Source: an uncultured Bacteroidales bacterium
Lineage (GTDB): Bacteria > Bacteroidota > Bacteroidia > Bacteroidales > JAEINX01
Assembly: GCA_964462015.1 (NCBI GenBank)
Contig: CAYWXI010000010.1
Coordinates: forward strand, 19,819 to 83,818
Direction of reading: 5' to 3'
Length of the DNA stretch: 64,000 bases
The position numbers and the translations under genes are program-made. Under the pieces are notes generated by a model, which saw only the letters and a list, made by a program, of their open reading frames with translations, did not search any database and was not told the origin of the DNA. Shown here in pieces: positions 17,683 through 26,544 of the stretch (within the stretch, counting starts at the first letter, position 1; each line of letters opens with the position of its first letter).

Positions 17683-18651
17683 GTGAAAAAAAAATTATTA
17701 TTCGCATTGATTGCCTGTACATTTATGCTGACAGGCTTATCGCAAAGTCTTACACTACAAACTCCTGAAGGAGTTAATGTTCCAAATGGTGGCGAAATAA
17801 CAATTTACGGTGAAGAAACTGTATACGAAATCATTAGTCATCTTTTTGTAACAAATATTAGTTCAACAGCTATTAATGTTTCAGTTCAAAGACATCAAAT
17901 TTATCTGGTAGAAGGTTCAGGTAACTTGCTTTGTTGGATGATGTGTTTTGATTCTACCGTTAACGTTTCATTATTTCCACTTGAAATAGCTGCCGGAGCT
18001 ACAAATGAAGAAGATTTTTCAGGGCATTATCGTCCGTGGGGAAATGTAGGAATTTCAAGGATTGCATACACTTTTTATGACGACAACAACCCAAATGATT
18101 CTATAATGGCTATTATTAATTATGCTGCAGGTATTTCATCAAGTCAAACTATTGCAATTGAACCCGGATTCCAATTTGTGTCAAGCAGAATTAATCCAAC
18201 TGACCCTGATATGATGGCAGTTGCTATGGACATTATAAATGATGATCTTGTGTATATTAGAAATTCAGAAGGATCTATGTTAAGAAAAATCGGGCCAAAC
18301 TGGGTTAATGGTATAGGTGATTGGGTTGGTACCGAAGGGTATTTGGTGAAAACTAACGGAACCGGACAATTCAGTGTTGAAGGCTCAGTAATACCCGTTG
18401 ACACACCAATTAATGTAGAAGCAGGCTTTCAATTTGTAAGCTATCTACCTGACTATGGAATGGATGCCATGCTTGCCTTTGAATCTATTATTGGGGATAA
18501 CCTAATATATATTAGAGGCTCCGAAGGTTCCATGTTAAGAAAAATCGGACCAAACTGGGTTAATGGTATCGGAGATTGTACTCCTACTCAAGGATATTTA
18601 GTAAAAATGTCAGGAGATGCTATCCTTGTTTACCCCGACTTTGGTAAATAA
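17683..18651 (+). CDS. secreted protein of unknown family, tandem paralog 3
   Basis: GTG start in the ORF track. Same architecture as copies 1 and 2. The motif variant is 'LCWMMCF'. Confidence 0.8.
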   Translation: MKKKLLFALIACTFMLTGLSQSLTLQTPEGVNVPNGGEITIYGEETVYEIISHLFVTNISSTAINVSVQRHQIYLVEGSGNLLCWMMCFDSTVNVSLFPLEIAAGATNEEDFSGHYRPWGNVGISRIAYTFYDDNNPNDSIMAIINYAAGISSSQTIAIEPGFQFVSSRINPTDPDMMAVAMDIINDDLVYIRNSEGSMLRKIGPNWVNGIGDWVGTEGYLVKTNGTGQFSVEGSVIPVDTPINVEAGFQFVSYLPDYGMDAMLAFESIIGDNLIYIRGSEGSMLRKIGPNWVNGIGDCTPTQGYLVKMSGDAILVYPDFGK

Positions 18652-18734
18652 TCTTAAAAAATACTTGAATCAAATTAGTTTCAATTACTAATTAAACAAG
18701 GTTCAAAAAAAAATAGTTTTTAGCTCAAAATACA

Positions 18735-18775
18735 AAAGCCACCGGTACATCAAATAATGTTCCGGTGGCTTTTAT
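18735..18775 (+). terminator. intrinsic terminator after paralog 3
   Basis: Arms aaagccaccggtacat / atgttccggtggcttt with one mismatch, 6-nt loop, T-rich tail. Confidence 0.7.
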
Positions 18776-18994
18776 TTATTTTTATCATTACTTTTACTTC
18801 AACTGATAATCTTAAACGATAGCTCATTTTTTTTGCGGATCTCTTGATAGAAATGAGTTCCAGCTTAGGACTTACGCTGTAAAAGAAGTTAACAAACGAA
18901 TTCCGGAGAAAAGAAATCAAAAAAAAAATAAAAATATCTTACCAAATTGTCACAAAAGCTTCGTTAATTTATACTTAATAATATACGAACTTAT

Positions 18995-19459
18995 ATGATA
19001 GTTTTTACTAAAATATATCAGCAGAATTATAAAATGGTCTTCCGTTTGGCATATAAATTCTTGAATAACAAGGAAAATGCAGCAGATATTAGCCAGGAAG
19101 TATTTATTAGTTTATATCATCAATTAAAACAAAAAAAAGAAATTCATAACATAAGTTCGTGGTTATATAAAGTTACCAGCAATCAATGCATGAGTTTCTA
19201 CAATAAAAATAAAATAATTACAGGAAAACTTAATGATGAAGAAATAAGTGTTGAAACTCAAAAGGAAAAGAATCCGGAAATTTCTGAGGCCGTTAAAAAA
19301 ATGAAACCACAAGACAATATTCTTCTGACACTTTACAGCGAAGACTTTTCATACAAAGAAATGGCAGAGATAACGGGTATAAAATTTTCATCTATTGGAA
19401 AAACACTCTCACGAGCATTAAACAAACTGAAAAATGAAATCGAATCAGAAAAAAAATGA
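18995..19459 (+). CDS. ECF-type RNA polymerase sigma-70 family factor
   Basis: Region 2 'AADISQEVFISLY' and region 4 HTH 'FSYKEMAEITGIKFSSIGKTLSRALNKL'. Overlaps the downstream anti-sigma gene. Confidence 0.85.
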   Translation: MIVFTKIYQQNYKMVFRLAYKFLNNKENAADISQEVFISLYHQLKQKKEIHNISSWLYKVTSNQCMSFYNKNKIITGKLNDEEISVETQKEKNPEISEAVKKMKPQDNILLTLYSEDFSYKEMAEITGIKFSSIGKTLSRALNKLKNEIESEKK

Positions 19460-19886
19460 TTGTATTAAGGATGCAAGCTTGCAGATGTACATCGACAAAG
19501 AACTGCCTGTTGAGGCCGTCATTTCTGTTGAACAGCATTTGAAAATATGCAAAAACTGTAGACAGAGATTTGAAGATAAAAAGAAATTCATTGAAGACTT
19601 CAAGAATTCATGGCCTTCAATACAGGAAAATAATATTGAAATCGCTTCTTTTCGCAATGATATTAAAAGCAAACACTCTCCAATTCTGCATTATTTAGAA
19701 CAATGGAAATGGGCTGCTGCGGCCATACTTATCATTGGTTTGTTCGCTATATTTCAAAAATCATCCAAACAATCTCAAACTGAAACACAATATATGATTT
19801 ATGATTCACAAATGGAAATAGATGCCAACAAACCCTGGCATGAACAGGAAATGGAAGTATATTTTATTGAAGAAAAAGATAATTAA
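19434..19886 (+). CDS. anti-sigma factor (zf-HC2 type, single-pass membrane)
   Basis: 'EQHLKICKNCRQRF' H-x3-C-x2-C motif. TM helix 'WAAAAILIIGLFAIF'. 26-nt overlap with the sigma gene. Alternative start at 19485. Confidence 0.7.
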   Translation: MKSNQKKNDCIKDASLQMYIDKELPVEAVISVEQHLKICKNCRQRFEDKKKFIEDFKNSWPSIQENNIEIASFRNDIKSKHSPILHYLEQWKWAAAAILIIGLFAIFQKSSKQSQTETQYMIYDSQMEIDANKPWHEQEMEVYFIEEKDN

Positions 19887-19908
19887 CAATTAATCAAAAC
19901 CTATATTT

Positions 19909-21180
19909 ATGAAAACATTAAAATTAATAGCAATCTTAATAATGCTGACCGGAAGTACTAAAGCACAAAACCTGATAAATATTTATAAAAGCGGAAATGT
20001 AAAACTTGTTGCTGAATCCGGTTTCGGGAAATCAAACGATTGGAATTCGGTTTTTAGTACTTATAAAGATACTATATATCAAAAGCATGTTGGAGCAAGA
20101 AAATCACTGGTTCTTTTGCCGGATGGATCGGTTATTGTTAACAATACTTACAGGGATTTCTTTACCCTATTCAAACCGGATGGAAGTTTTTATAAAAACT
20201 TTAGCATAAGAAATTCATCAGATATTATACTCTCAACTCCCGCTATCAAAGGTGTTCTTGATAATGAAATATTATTTACCGGTGTTACTAATTACGGAAA
20301 AATGTTTTGTTGTGATTTTAGTGGTAAGCTAATCAAAACTTTGAATGTTGATTATATGACAGGCGACATCATTCCTCTGCCAGGCCGAAAACTTGCCATT
20401 GTTGGTTGGGCAATTTGGGATACAAAGTTCCGCGACTTTTTGGCCATCAAGGATTATGAAACGGGAGAAGAAAAAATTATCTGGAGTCATTTCACCGACA
20501 GGTCAAAAGATCAGAGTATCTCGGTTGAAGTCACACAAAAAAACAATAAAACAAGTATTATGACTCTTCCTTCTTTGGGTGGAAATCTGGGAATACGACC
20601 CAGACCTATGGTAAGACTTACAAAAGACAATGAAATAATGCTTGCTATCCCGCCAACCGGCGAATTAATATTCTTTGATCTGAATGGTAAAGAACTGCAA
20701 TCGACCTATGTGAGCTGGGAAAATGAACAAACTTCAATAGAAGAACAGCAAAAACTTTACTCAAAAAGGATGGAAAAATACAAACAAATTTCTGAAAACA
20801 AACAATATATTGAACGATTTGGCAGTGAAGAAGCAAGCAGAATATCACAAGAACTGCTTGACAAACTCAAAAAAGAAAAAGAACTTTATATGAAATCCGA
20901 AGAACTACCCTTTATCTCAACCATTCTTCAGGATTCCGACAATAATTTATTGTTTTTTGAATACCCAAAAGAAAAAGGTTCAAACCAATTTAATGTATAT
21001 GCTTTCAATCATGGAGGAAAATTTGTTTGCAAATCATCATTTGTATGCGATAATTACGATTTGATTATTAACTCAGAGCGTTTGAAATTTTTCAATGGAT
21101 GCCTCTATGGAATACAAAAACTGAAATCCTATAAAGGGGTCCCGATAAGATTGGTTAAATTTAACCTGGAGACTGAGTAA
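19909..21180 (+). CDS. secreted protein of unknown function (third gene of the ECF module)
   Basis: Signal peptide 'MKTLKLIAILIMLTGSTKAQ'. Internal Lys/Glu-rich predicted coiled coil. No family recognised. Confidence 0.6.
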   Translation: MKTLKLIAILIMLTGSTKAQNLINIYKSGNVKLVAESGFGKSNDWNSVFSTYKDTIYQKHVGARKSLVLLPDGSVIVNNTYRDFFTLFKPDGSFYKNFSIRNSSDIILSTPAIKGVLDNEILFTGVTNYGKMFCCDFSGKLIKTLNVDYMTGDIIPLPGRKLAIVGWAIWDTKFRDFLAIKDYETGEEKIIWSHFTDRSKDQSISVEVTQKNNKTSIMTLPSLGGNLGIRPRPMVRLTKDNEIMLAIPPTGELIFFDLNGKELQSTYVSWENEQTSIEEQQKLYSKRMEKYKQISENKQYIERFGSEEASRISQELLDKLKKEKELYMKSEELPFISTILQDSDNNLLFFEYPKEKGSNQFNVYAFNHGGKFVCKSSFVCDNYDLIINSERLKFFNGCLYGIQKLKSYKGVPIRLVKFNLETE

Positions 21181-21275
21181 AAACCATTTTTTAATAAAAA
21201 GAAGCTGGTAAATTTGGAATTAACATGTGTAGTTAAGTTCGCCACAGATTTATGAAAACAGTATACAAAATTGAA

Positions 21276-22121
21276 TTAATAAATTTCAAACTCATTATTC
21301 TCCATTGCTTCACGAAAAGTTTTTTCTTTTAAATCATTAACCAATTTTACTTTACGCTGATTAACAATATAATTAATAATATTTTCTCGTTCGAAACTTA
21401 ATGGAGAAATTCCATCTTTAATTTCAAAATCATCGAAGTATGCAATATAATAATAGGGATTGTCTCTGATCTCAACATATCGGTTGTTTTTCAAAAATAC
21501 CTCATAATTATAGGTACTAATTGGTATTTCTTTAATTAATTCATCAAACAAAATCCATGACTCGTTGTCAAGAAAATATTTTGTTGCATATTGGCTACAA
21601 TATTTTTCCAGGGAATCTCTGAATTGCAAGGAATCGGAATTTATAAAAAAACGAATTTTATCAATTTCGGGCGAATCAACATGAATTTTAACATAGGAAA
21701 CCTTAACAATATTATCCTTTAATTCGAAATTCTTCTTGTTTTTATTATAATACTCTTCGATTTCTTCCTCAGTAATAATAGTATCCAACCTTTGTTCAAT
21801 CAATAATGTTTCGTACTTATAAATAATAAGCGAATTACGATAATCGTCTAATTCTCTGGAAAAATCTTTTTGATCGTAAGTAAGATTTTTTTCGGCATGC
21901 TTGAGAAGCAACTTTTGCCGTATCCAGTTATTAATGAAATTTTGAGATAAAATTAAACTATCCTTGGCCGAAACACCGGGAATTATAATTCCATCCAATT
22001 CGGATGCATAAAGATATTCATCACCTACACGGGCAAGAATTTCTTCGGAATCGTTTCTTAAACCCGCTTGACAAGCAATTAAAAATAATAAACCAAAAAA
22101 TAATAATTTTCTCAAGATCAA
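21276..22121 (-). CDS. SurA-N-like chaperone lipoprotein (no parvulin domain seen)
   Basis: Lipoprotein signal 'LLFLIAC'. Sits directly downstream of the parvulin PPIase gene with a 1-nt gap. Confidence 0.45.
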   Translation of the reverse strand: MILRKLLFFGLLFLIACQAGLRNDSEEILARVGDEYLYASELDGIIIPGVSAKDSLILSQNFINNWIRQKLLLKHAEKNLTYDQKDFSRELDDYRNSLIIYKYETLLIEQRLDTIITEEEIEEYYNKNKKNFELKDNIVKVSYVKIHVDSPEIDKIRFFINSDSLQFRDSLEKYCSQYATKYFLDNESWILFDELIKEIPISTYNYEVFLKNNRYVEIRDNPYYYIAYFDDFEIKDGISPLSFERENIINYIVNQRKVKLVNDLKEKTFREAMENNEFEIY

Positions 22122-22122
22122 A

Positions 22123-24141
22123 CTATTCTAAATTCGAAAGAACTTTTTTATTAATCTTTACATTATATTTTTCTTTTAATAATTTTATCCATTCAGCCTC
22201 AAGATAGTTTTGATAATCGGCAATTATTAAACCCCTTGCTTCATTCATTTCTTTAATCTGGGGTGGCAATATGTCACGCACAAGCACAAAACTTATTTCT
22301 TCATCAGTAATAATATCTTTTGAATTACCAACCTTCCATTTTATAGAATCAATTATTTTATTATCTCCTCTCAGAAATTTATCAGAAAGAATAGCAACAT
22401 TTGTTATTGAATCATTATTGTATAAAAGTAAAATTTCGTTGTCCGAAACACCTTCGTTTACTTTTGCCTGTACATCATCAACAATTTCTGAGTCTCTGAT
22501 TGTATAAACTGAGGCATCCAGCCTTTCGTCCCAGATATAATTATTTTTATTATTGTTATAGAATTCTTTTAAGCCCGTAGTGTCTTTAATGGCTTTCGAC
22601 CAGACTTTCTCATCAGTTAATTCAAACAATAAAATTCCATCACGATATTCTTTCATCAAAATATCAAATTCAGGATAAATTTCTTCAAGGTTAGAATCAA
22701 AATAATCAAGACAAATTTCATTAACAAATTTATCATATTCTTTATTAACGTAAATATCAGTTGCAATACGTGTTTGATTTTTTTGATTAGAAAACAAATA
22801 GTCAGCAAAATCTTTCTGTGAATATTTTTTATCACCAATTTTGAAAAGAACTTTTTCAAGGCCGTCGGCATTAGATATTTCCCATTTTCCAATTAAAATT
22901 GAAGAGTCAACAACTGTGTAGAAACTATTTTTTGCTTTGGAATATTCTTTGAATTTAAAATCCCTTTTTATTTTCTCAACAATGATGTCTTTGCTTTTTT
23001 CGGCGCGTGAATCTTTCAGTACTTTTTTCTTTAGTTCATCCTTAATTTCATCATAAGTTTTAATAGGCTTTTTGCCTTTAAGCTGAACGATGTGCCATCC
23101 GTATGCTGTTAATAATGGCTTTGCAATATCGCCACTATCGTTTAATTGATAAACAATTTCTATGAATTCAGGAACCATACGATTTACACCAAACCATGGT
23201 AATATTCCGCCTGTTTTTGCCGATCCTTTATCTTCTGAATATTCTGCAACAGCATCATTATAAGCTTTGCCGTCAAGGATTTCCTGATAAACTTTATTAG
23301 CTTTTTTTTCAACTCTTGCAGAATCGGCTGCAGTTGCACTTGGTGGGATCATAAAATAAATGTGTGCAACCTGAGCTTGTCCCATTGCACTTTTCTTATC
23401 GGTTAATTTAATCAGATGGTAACCAAATTGCGTCCGAACCGGCATAGTAATATCACCTATTTCAGAATTATAAGCGCCACTTTCAAAAGGATAAACCATA
23501 TCGAAAACAGAAAAATAACCTAAATCACCTTTGTTACCACGCATAAACGGCCTTCTTCCTGTAGCTTCACGATCTCTTGCTGAAGGATCTTCAGAAGTTT
23601 CAACAGCTACATCCCCGAAATCTTCGCCATTCATGATTCTTTTGCGAATATCCATTAATTTATTATAGGCAATTAATGTGTCTTCGGCTGAGGCATTTTC
23701 ATCAATTCTAATCAAAATATGGCTTGCCCTTACGTCTTTTTGCTTCCTGTCCCAGGCTTCGGCAAAAAGGTCTTCGTTAATGCTTTCATCAACAAAATAT
23801 GGTTTTGCAAGTTGTTCACGATAACCTCCCAATTCACTGATAAATGCAGAGTTTGTATCCATGCGAAGATCCAAGGCTTCTTTTACTTTTAATTTGAAAT
23901 TAATGTAAAGATCAAGGTATTCTTCCATTGATTTTTTATCAATTACATCACCCTGAGAATTACTTTTTTCATATACATTTTTAAATTCTCCTACTTTGAC
24001 ATCCTCATCACCAATGCTTAGTAAAACTTTTTTATTTTGAGCTAATGAACTATTAGAAATTAGCATGCTTATTGAAAGCAATAAAACCAGGATTAAAGAA
24101 CTTTTTAATGATTTTAAAGTACTTTTAAAAATTTGAAACAT
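22123..24141 (-). CDS. peptidyl-prolyl cis-trans isomerase, SurA/PpiD-like with two parvulin domains
   Basis: 'VRASHILIR...FGYHLIKL' and 'AQVAHIYF...YGWHIVQLKG' parvulin signatures. N-terminal signal/anchor. Confidence 0.85.
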   Translation of the reverse strand: MFQIFKSTLKSLKSSLILVLLLSISMLISNSSLAQNKKVLLSIGDEDVKVGEFKNVYEKSNSQGDVIDKKSMEEYLDLYINFKLKVKEALDLRMDTNSAFISELGGYREQLAKPYFVDESINEDLFAEAWDRKQKDVRASHILIRIDENASAEDTLIAYNKLMDIRKRIMNGEDFGDVAVETSEDPSARDREATGRRPFMRGNKGDLGYFSVFDMVYPFESGAYNSEIGDITMPVRTQFGYHLIKLTDKKSAMGQAQVAHIYFMIPPSATAADSARVEKKANKVYQEILDGKAYNDAVAEYSEDKGSAKTGGILPWFGVNRMVPEFIEIVYQLNDSGDIAKPLLTAYGWHIVQLKGKKPIKTYDEIKDELKKKVLKDSRAEKSKDIIVEKIKRDFKFKEYSKAKNSFYTVVDSSILIGKWEISNADGLEKVLFKIGDKKYSQKDFADYLFSNQKNQTRIATDIYVNKEYDKFVNEICLDYFDSNLEEIYPEFDILMKEYRDGILLFELTDEKVWSKAIKDTTGLKEFYNNNKNNYIWDERLDASVYTIRDSEIVDDVQAKVNEGVSDNEILLLYNNDSITNVAILSDKFLRGDNKIIDSIKWKVGNSKDIITDEEISFVLVRDILPPQIKEMNEARGLIIADYQNYLEAEWIKLLKEKYNVKINKKVLSNLE

Positions 24142-24200
24142 ACGTCAGATTATTTAATTAAAGTTAATATTATTATGAAATTTCTGAGAAGACTTAAACA

Positions 24201-25673
24201 TTATCTTGATGAATAATTTGGAGCTTCTCTTGTTATTGAAATATCGTGAGGATGACTTTCTGTCATTCCTGCCGATGTAATTTTTATAAATTTTGCTTTT
24301 TGCAGGTTTTCAATGTCTTGAGCACCAGCATAACCCATTCCTGCCCTTAAACCACCAATCATTTGATGAATTACTTCTGATAATGTTCCTTTATATGGAA
24401 CTCTCCCAACAATACCTTCGGGAACCAATTTACTAATATCGTCTTCAACATCCTGAAAATACCGATCTTTAGAACCTTTTTGCATAGCTTCAATTGAACC
24501 CATTCCACGATATGTTTTAAACTTACGGCCTTCGAAAATTATTGTTTCTCCCGGCGATTCTTCAACACCTGCAAACAGAGAACCGGCCATAATAGTATTT
24601 GCACCTGCGGCAATAGCTTTTACAATATCGCCCGTAAATCTTATTCCTCCGTCGGCAATTACCGGAATTCCACTACCTTTCAAAGCATTTGAAACATTAT
24701 AAATTGCTGTAAGTTGCGGAACACCTATGCCTGCAATTATTCGTGTTGTGCAAATTGATCCCGGGCCTATTCCAACTTTCACGGCATCAGCTCCGATTTT
24801 TGCCAAATCTAAAGCTGCGTGTGCGGTAGCAATATTTCCTATAATTAATTCGACATTGGGATAGCTTTTTTTAATTTTTTTTGAAATCTCGATAACGCTT
24901 TTAGTATGTCCGTGAGCAGTATCAACCACTAAAGCATCAACCCCGGCTTTAACAAGTGCATCAACTCTTTCCATTGTGTTTTCGGCAATCCCCACAGCTG
25001 ATGCAACACGAAGCCTGCCACGACTATCTTTCTCGGCATTAGGCCTGGCAAGGATTTTAATTATATCCTTATAAGTAATTAACCCGATGAGTTTATTTTT
25101 TTCATCAACAACGGGAAGTTTTTCAATACGATATTTTTGTAAAATCTCCGCAGCTTTTTCAAAATCGGTAAACTCGGTTGTTGTAACAAGATTTTCTTTA
25201 GTCATAACCTCATCAATCGGGAGGCTGATATTTTTCTCAAATCGCAAATCACGATTTGTCACTATCCCAACAAGTTCGTTTTCGTTATTTACAACCGGAA
25301 TACCTCCGATATTATATTCCTTCATAATTTCGAAAGCATCTTCAACTCTGCTGTCTTTATGCAAAGTAATCGGGTCAAGTATCATTCCGTTTTCGGCACG
25401 TTTCACTTTTTTAACCTCGTTTGCCTGTTCGGCAATTGTCATATTTTTATGGATAACCCCGATACCACCCTCCTGAGCAATAGCAATTGCCATAGTTGAA
25501 TCAGTCACCGTATCCATTGCAGCCGAAACTATAGGGATATTAACTTTAATCTTTCTTGTAAACTGTGAAGATATATCAACATCGCGCGGTAATACCTGCG
25601 AAAATGCTGGTTCAATTAATACATCATCATAAGTTAAACCTTCACCCGAAAATTTTTCTTTATCCAAAAGCAT
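24201..25673 (-). CDS. guaB: IMP dehydrogenase
   Basis: Catalytic loop '[11 protein letters not shown]', inserted CBS pair, '[12 protein letters not shown]'. Confidence 0.97.
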   Translation of the reverse strand: MLLDKEKFSGEGLTYDDVLIEPAFSQVLPRDVDISSQFTRKIKVNIPIVSAAMDTVTDSTMAIAIAQEGGIGVIHKNMTIAEQANEVKKVKRAENGMILDPITLHKDSRVEDAFEIMKEYNIGGIPVVNNENELVGIVTNRDLRFEKNISLPIDEVMTKENLVTTTEFTDFEKAAEILQKYRIEKLPVVDEKNKLIGLITYKDIIKILARPNAEKDSRGRLRVASAVGIAENTMERVDALVKAGVDALVVDTAHGHTKSVIEISKKIKKSYPNVELIIGNIATAHAALDLAKIGADAVKVGIGPGSICTTRIIAGIGVPQLTAIYNVSNALKGSGIPVIADGGIRFTGDIVKAIAAGANTIMAGSLFAGVEESPGETIIFEGRKFKTYRGMGSIEAMQKGSKDRYFQDVEDDISKLVPEGIVGRVPYKGTLSEVIHQMIGGLRAGMGYAGAQDIENLQKAKFIKITSAGMTESHPHDISITREAPNYSSR

Positions 25674-25693
25674 GAATGTATTTTTTTTAGCTG

Positions 25694-25701
25694 CAAATGT
25701 A
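25694..25701 (-). promoter_or_regulatory. candidate -7 box (TACATTTG) for guaB
   Basis: Plus strand reads CAAATGTA, about 21 nt upstream of the ATG at 25673. Confidence 0.45.
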
Positions 25702-25836
25702 TAAAAATTTAACTTTAGTTTTTATTAAAAATTGTTAAAGTGAAAAATGGATGAAAGAATTCTGTTTATTAATCCATTGCAATCTCTGGATTTTGGGTAT
25801 TGATTATAAAAACGGTATAGGGAAAATATGGGTATA

Positions 25837-25866
25837 ATGGAAATTGATGGTAATTGATGGAAATTC
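25837..25866. repeat. 3 x 10-bp tandem direct repeat ATGG(A/T)AATT(G/C)
   Basis: 'atggaaattg atggtaattg atggaaattc'. A further ATGG lies 9 nt upstream. Located 37 nt beyond the stop of the 213-aa gene. Confidence 0.8.
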
Positions 25867-25902
25867 TTTGAAAACTCTTTCTCGTTTTTTATCGGGATGG
25901 AT

Positions 25903-26544
25903 TTATAAGTTGGAGGGATTTATTAATAACATTACAGATTCAGATAAATGATAAAAAGCAATTGTATCTTTCGGTATTTCTCTTTTAGGGTTATAAATTA
26001 TTTTAATATCATTTTCCATAACTGAAATTAAACCAATATTATCTTGTCTAAATAAATCAATATCTACATTTTTTATATATTTTGCAGAAACTGCCAAATA
26101 ACTTTTATGTGAAAAACACTTATACCTAAGAGCCTGATAATAACCCTCTTTCCATTTACTTAACTTTGCTTCTATTGAAATAATATTTTTTATTGGAGAC
26201 TTATACAGTCTTTCAACAATATAACAACCTTCTCGTTCTGACACATAACCACCATCTAGTAATTTAGTTATTAAACTTAAAAATGTCTTAGAATTAAGAT
26301 TCTTATTAGACACAAGTTTTTCAGGATGAATTACTTTACCTTTTCGATTTAAAAAATTGATAAGGTAATACATCTCACTATAATTATTAATTGAAACAGA
26401 TGGCTTTTCATCATTTGGAGTTGCTACAGTCAGGTCAGATATTCCGTTACCTGAATTAAATTCACGTATGAATTTAGCGTTATCAAATTTCTGATAAAAC
26501 GCTTGTTCAATTACTGGTAACATCTCGTTCTCGAATCTAAACAT
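25903..26544 (-). CDS. 213-aa protein with a winged-helix segment and an ExK nuclease-like motif (possible PD-(D/E)xK fold); kinase partner
   Basis: 'GISDLTV' (D37) and 'IISIEAKLSKW' (E125/K127) flank a helix-rich wHTH-like segment, 'SEMYYLINFLNRKGKVIHPEKL...LITKLLDGGYVSEREGCYIVERL'. Its ATG lies inside the last codons of the kinase gene. Confidence 0.45.
   Translation of the reverse strand: MFRFENEMLPVIEQAFYQKFDNAKFIREFNSGNGISDLTVATPNDEKPSVSINNYSEMYYLINFLNRKGKVIHPEKLVSNKNLNSKTFLSLITKLLDGGYVSEREGCYIVERLYKSPIKNIISIEAKLSKWKEGYYQALRYKCFSHKSYLAVSAKYIKNVDIDLFRQDNIGLISVMENDIKIIYNPKREIPKDTIAFYHLSESVMLLINPSNL

Larger units (their letters stand above)
14946..18775 (+). repeat. tandem triplication of a ~1.37-kb gene-plus-spacer cassette
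   Basis: Start-to-start spacing is 1366 and 1371 nt. The two spacers between the genes (15912-16311 and 17278-17682) align closely. Each copy ends in a homologous hairpin terminator. Confidence 0.9.

Noticed and set aside
14946-18775. CRISPR array or diversity-generating retroelement as the explanation for the repeated region.
   Set aside because: The repeat unit is about 1.37 kb and protein-coding, not 25-40-nt repeats with spacers. No reverse transcriptase or template repeat occurs anywhere in the window.
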